This document shows, one piece after another, positions 63,940-64,000 of a stretch of DNA of 64,000 nt (the stretch's first letter is position 1; every line of letters begins with the position of its first letter). Source of the DNA: an uncultured Ruminococcus sp. (GTDB taxonomy: Bacteria; Bacillota; Clostridia; Oscillospirales; Ruminococcaceae); contig CAYRPZ010000001.1 of NCBI GenBank assembly GCA_964426275.1, positions 6,503-70,502 on the forward strand, in the 5' to 3' direction. The position numbers and the translations under genes are program-made. Under the pieces are notes generated by a model, which saw nothing but the letters and a program-made list of their open reading frames with translations, did no database searches and was not told the DNA's origin.

Positions 63940-63975
63940 ACAAAGCATACAGAATTTCGCTTCTGTATGCTTTGT
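63940..63975. other. Perfect 15-bp hairpin upstream of nusB
   Basis: ACAAAGCATACAGAA-tttcgc-TTCTGTATGCTTTGT. No clear U-tract on either strand. Confidence 0.6.
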
Positions 63976-64000
63976 TCTGTAAACAATATTTATTATACCA

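Overview
The window is a 64-kb chromosomal segment of a low-GC Firmicute. It is probably a cellulosome-bearing Clostridia/Ruminococcus-like organism, because it encodes a secreted dockerin protein and shows Bacillus/Clostridium-type synteny. Most of it is core genome. On the minus strand: split transketolase, Cof-HAD, rluD, lspA, ileS, divIVA, ylmH, sepF, ylmE, an HlyD-like gene, hfq, miaA, mutL, mutS, ymcA/ricA and miaB. After that: lysS-greA, dnaD-like/dnaI-like, maf, a GntR-ABC module, tRNA-Ser(CGA), a transcarboxylase-like operon, metA, and recN-argR-nadK-tlyA-dxs-DUF212-ispA-nusB. I saw no rRNA, CRISPR array, transposase, integrase or prophage genes. The main accessory block is at the left end (1-12.1 kb). 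It holds a stand-alone vWA(TerY)-PP2C-Ser/Thr-kinase triad (TerY-P type) with its own near-consensus promoter. That triad runs, with a 22-nt gap and no terminator, into a PMCA-type P-type Ca2+-ATPase gene. Directly upstream sit a YhaO/YhaN (SbcD/SbcC-like) nuclease/ATPase pair, whose ATPase has a transmembrane hairpin at the coiled-coil apex, and an unknown lipoprotein. Second-tier items are listed next. (1) A convergent c-di-GMP pair: a cytoplasmic sugar-binding-domain GGDEF cyclase, and an [FeFe]-hydrogenase-like sensor fused to a degenerate HD-GYP. (2) A strongly promoted orphan 473-aa gene. (3) A 6xPPC-dockerin protein. (4) A stand-alone NYN/PIN-like protein. All calls come from reading the translations and sequence. 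No database search was run, so family assignments rest on motifs.
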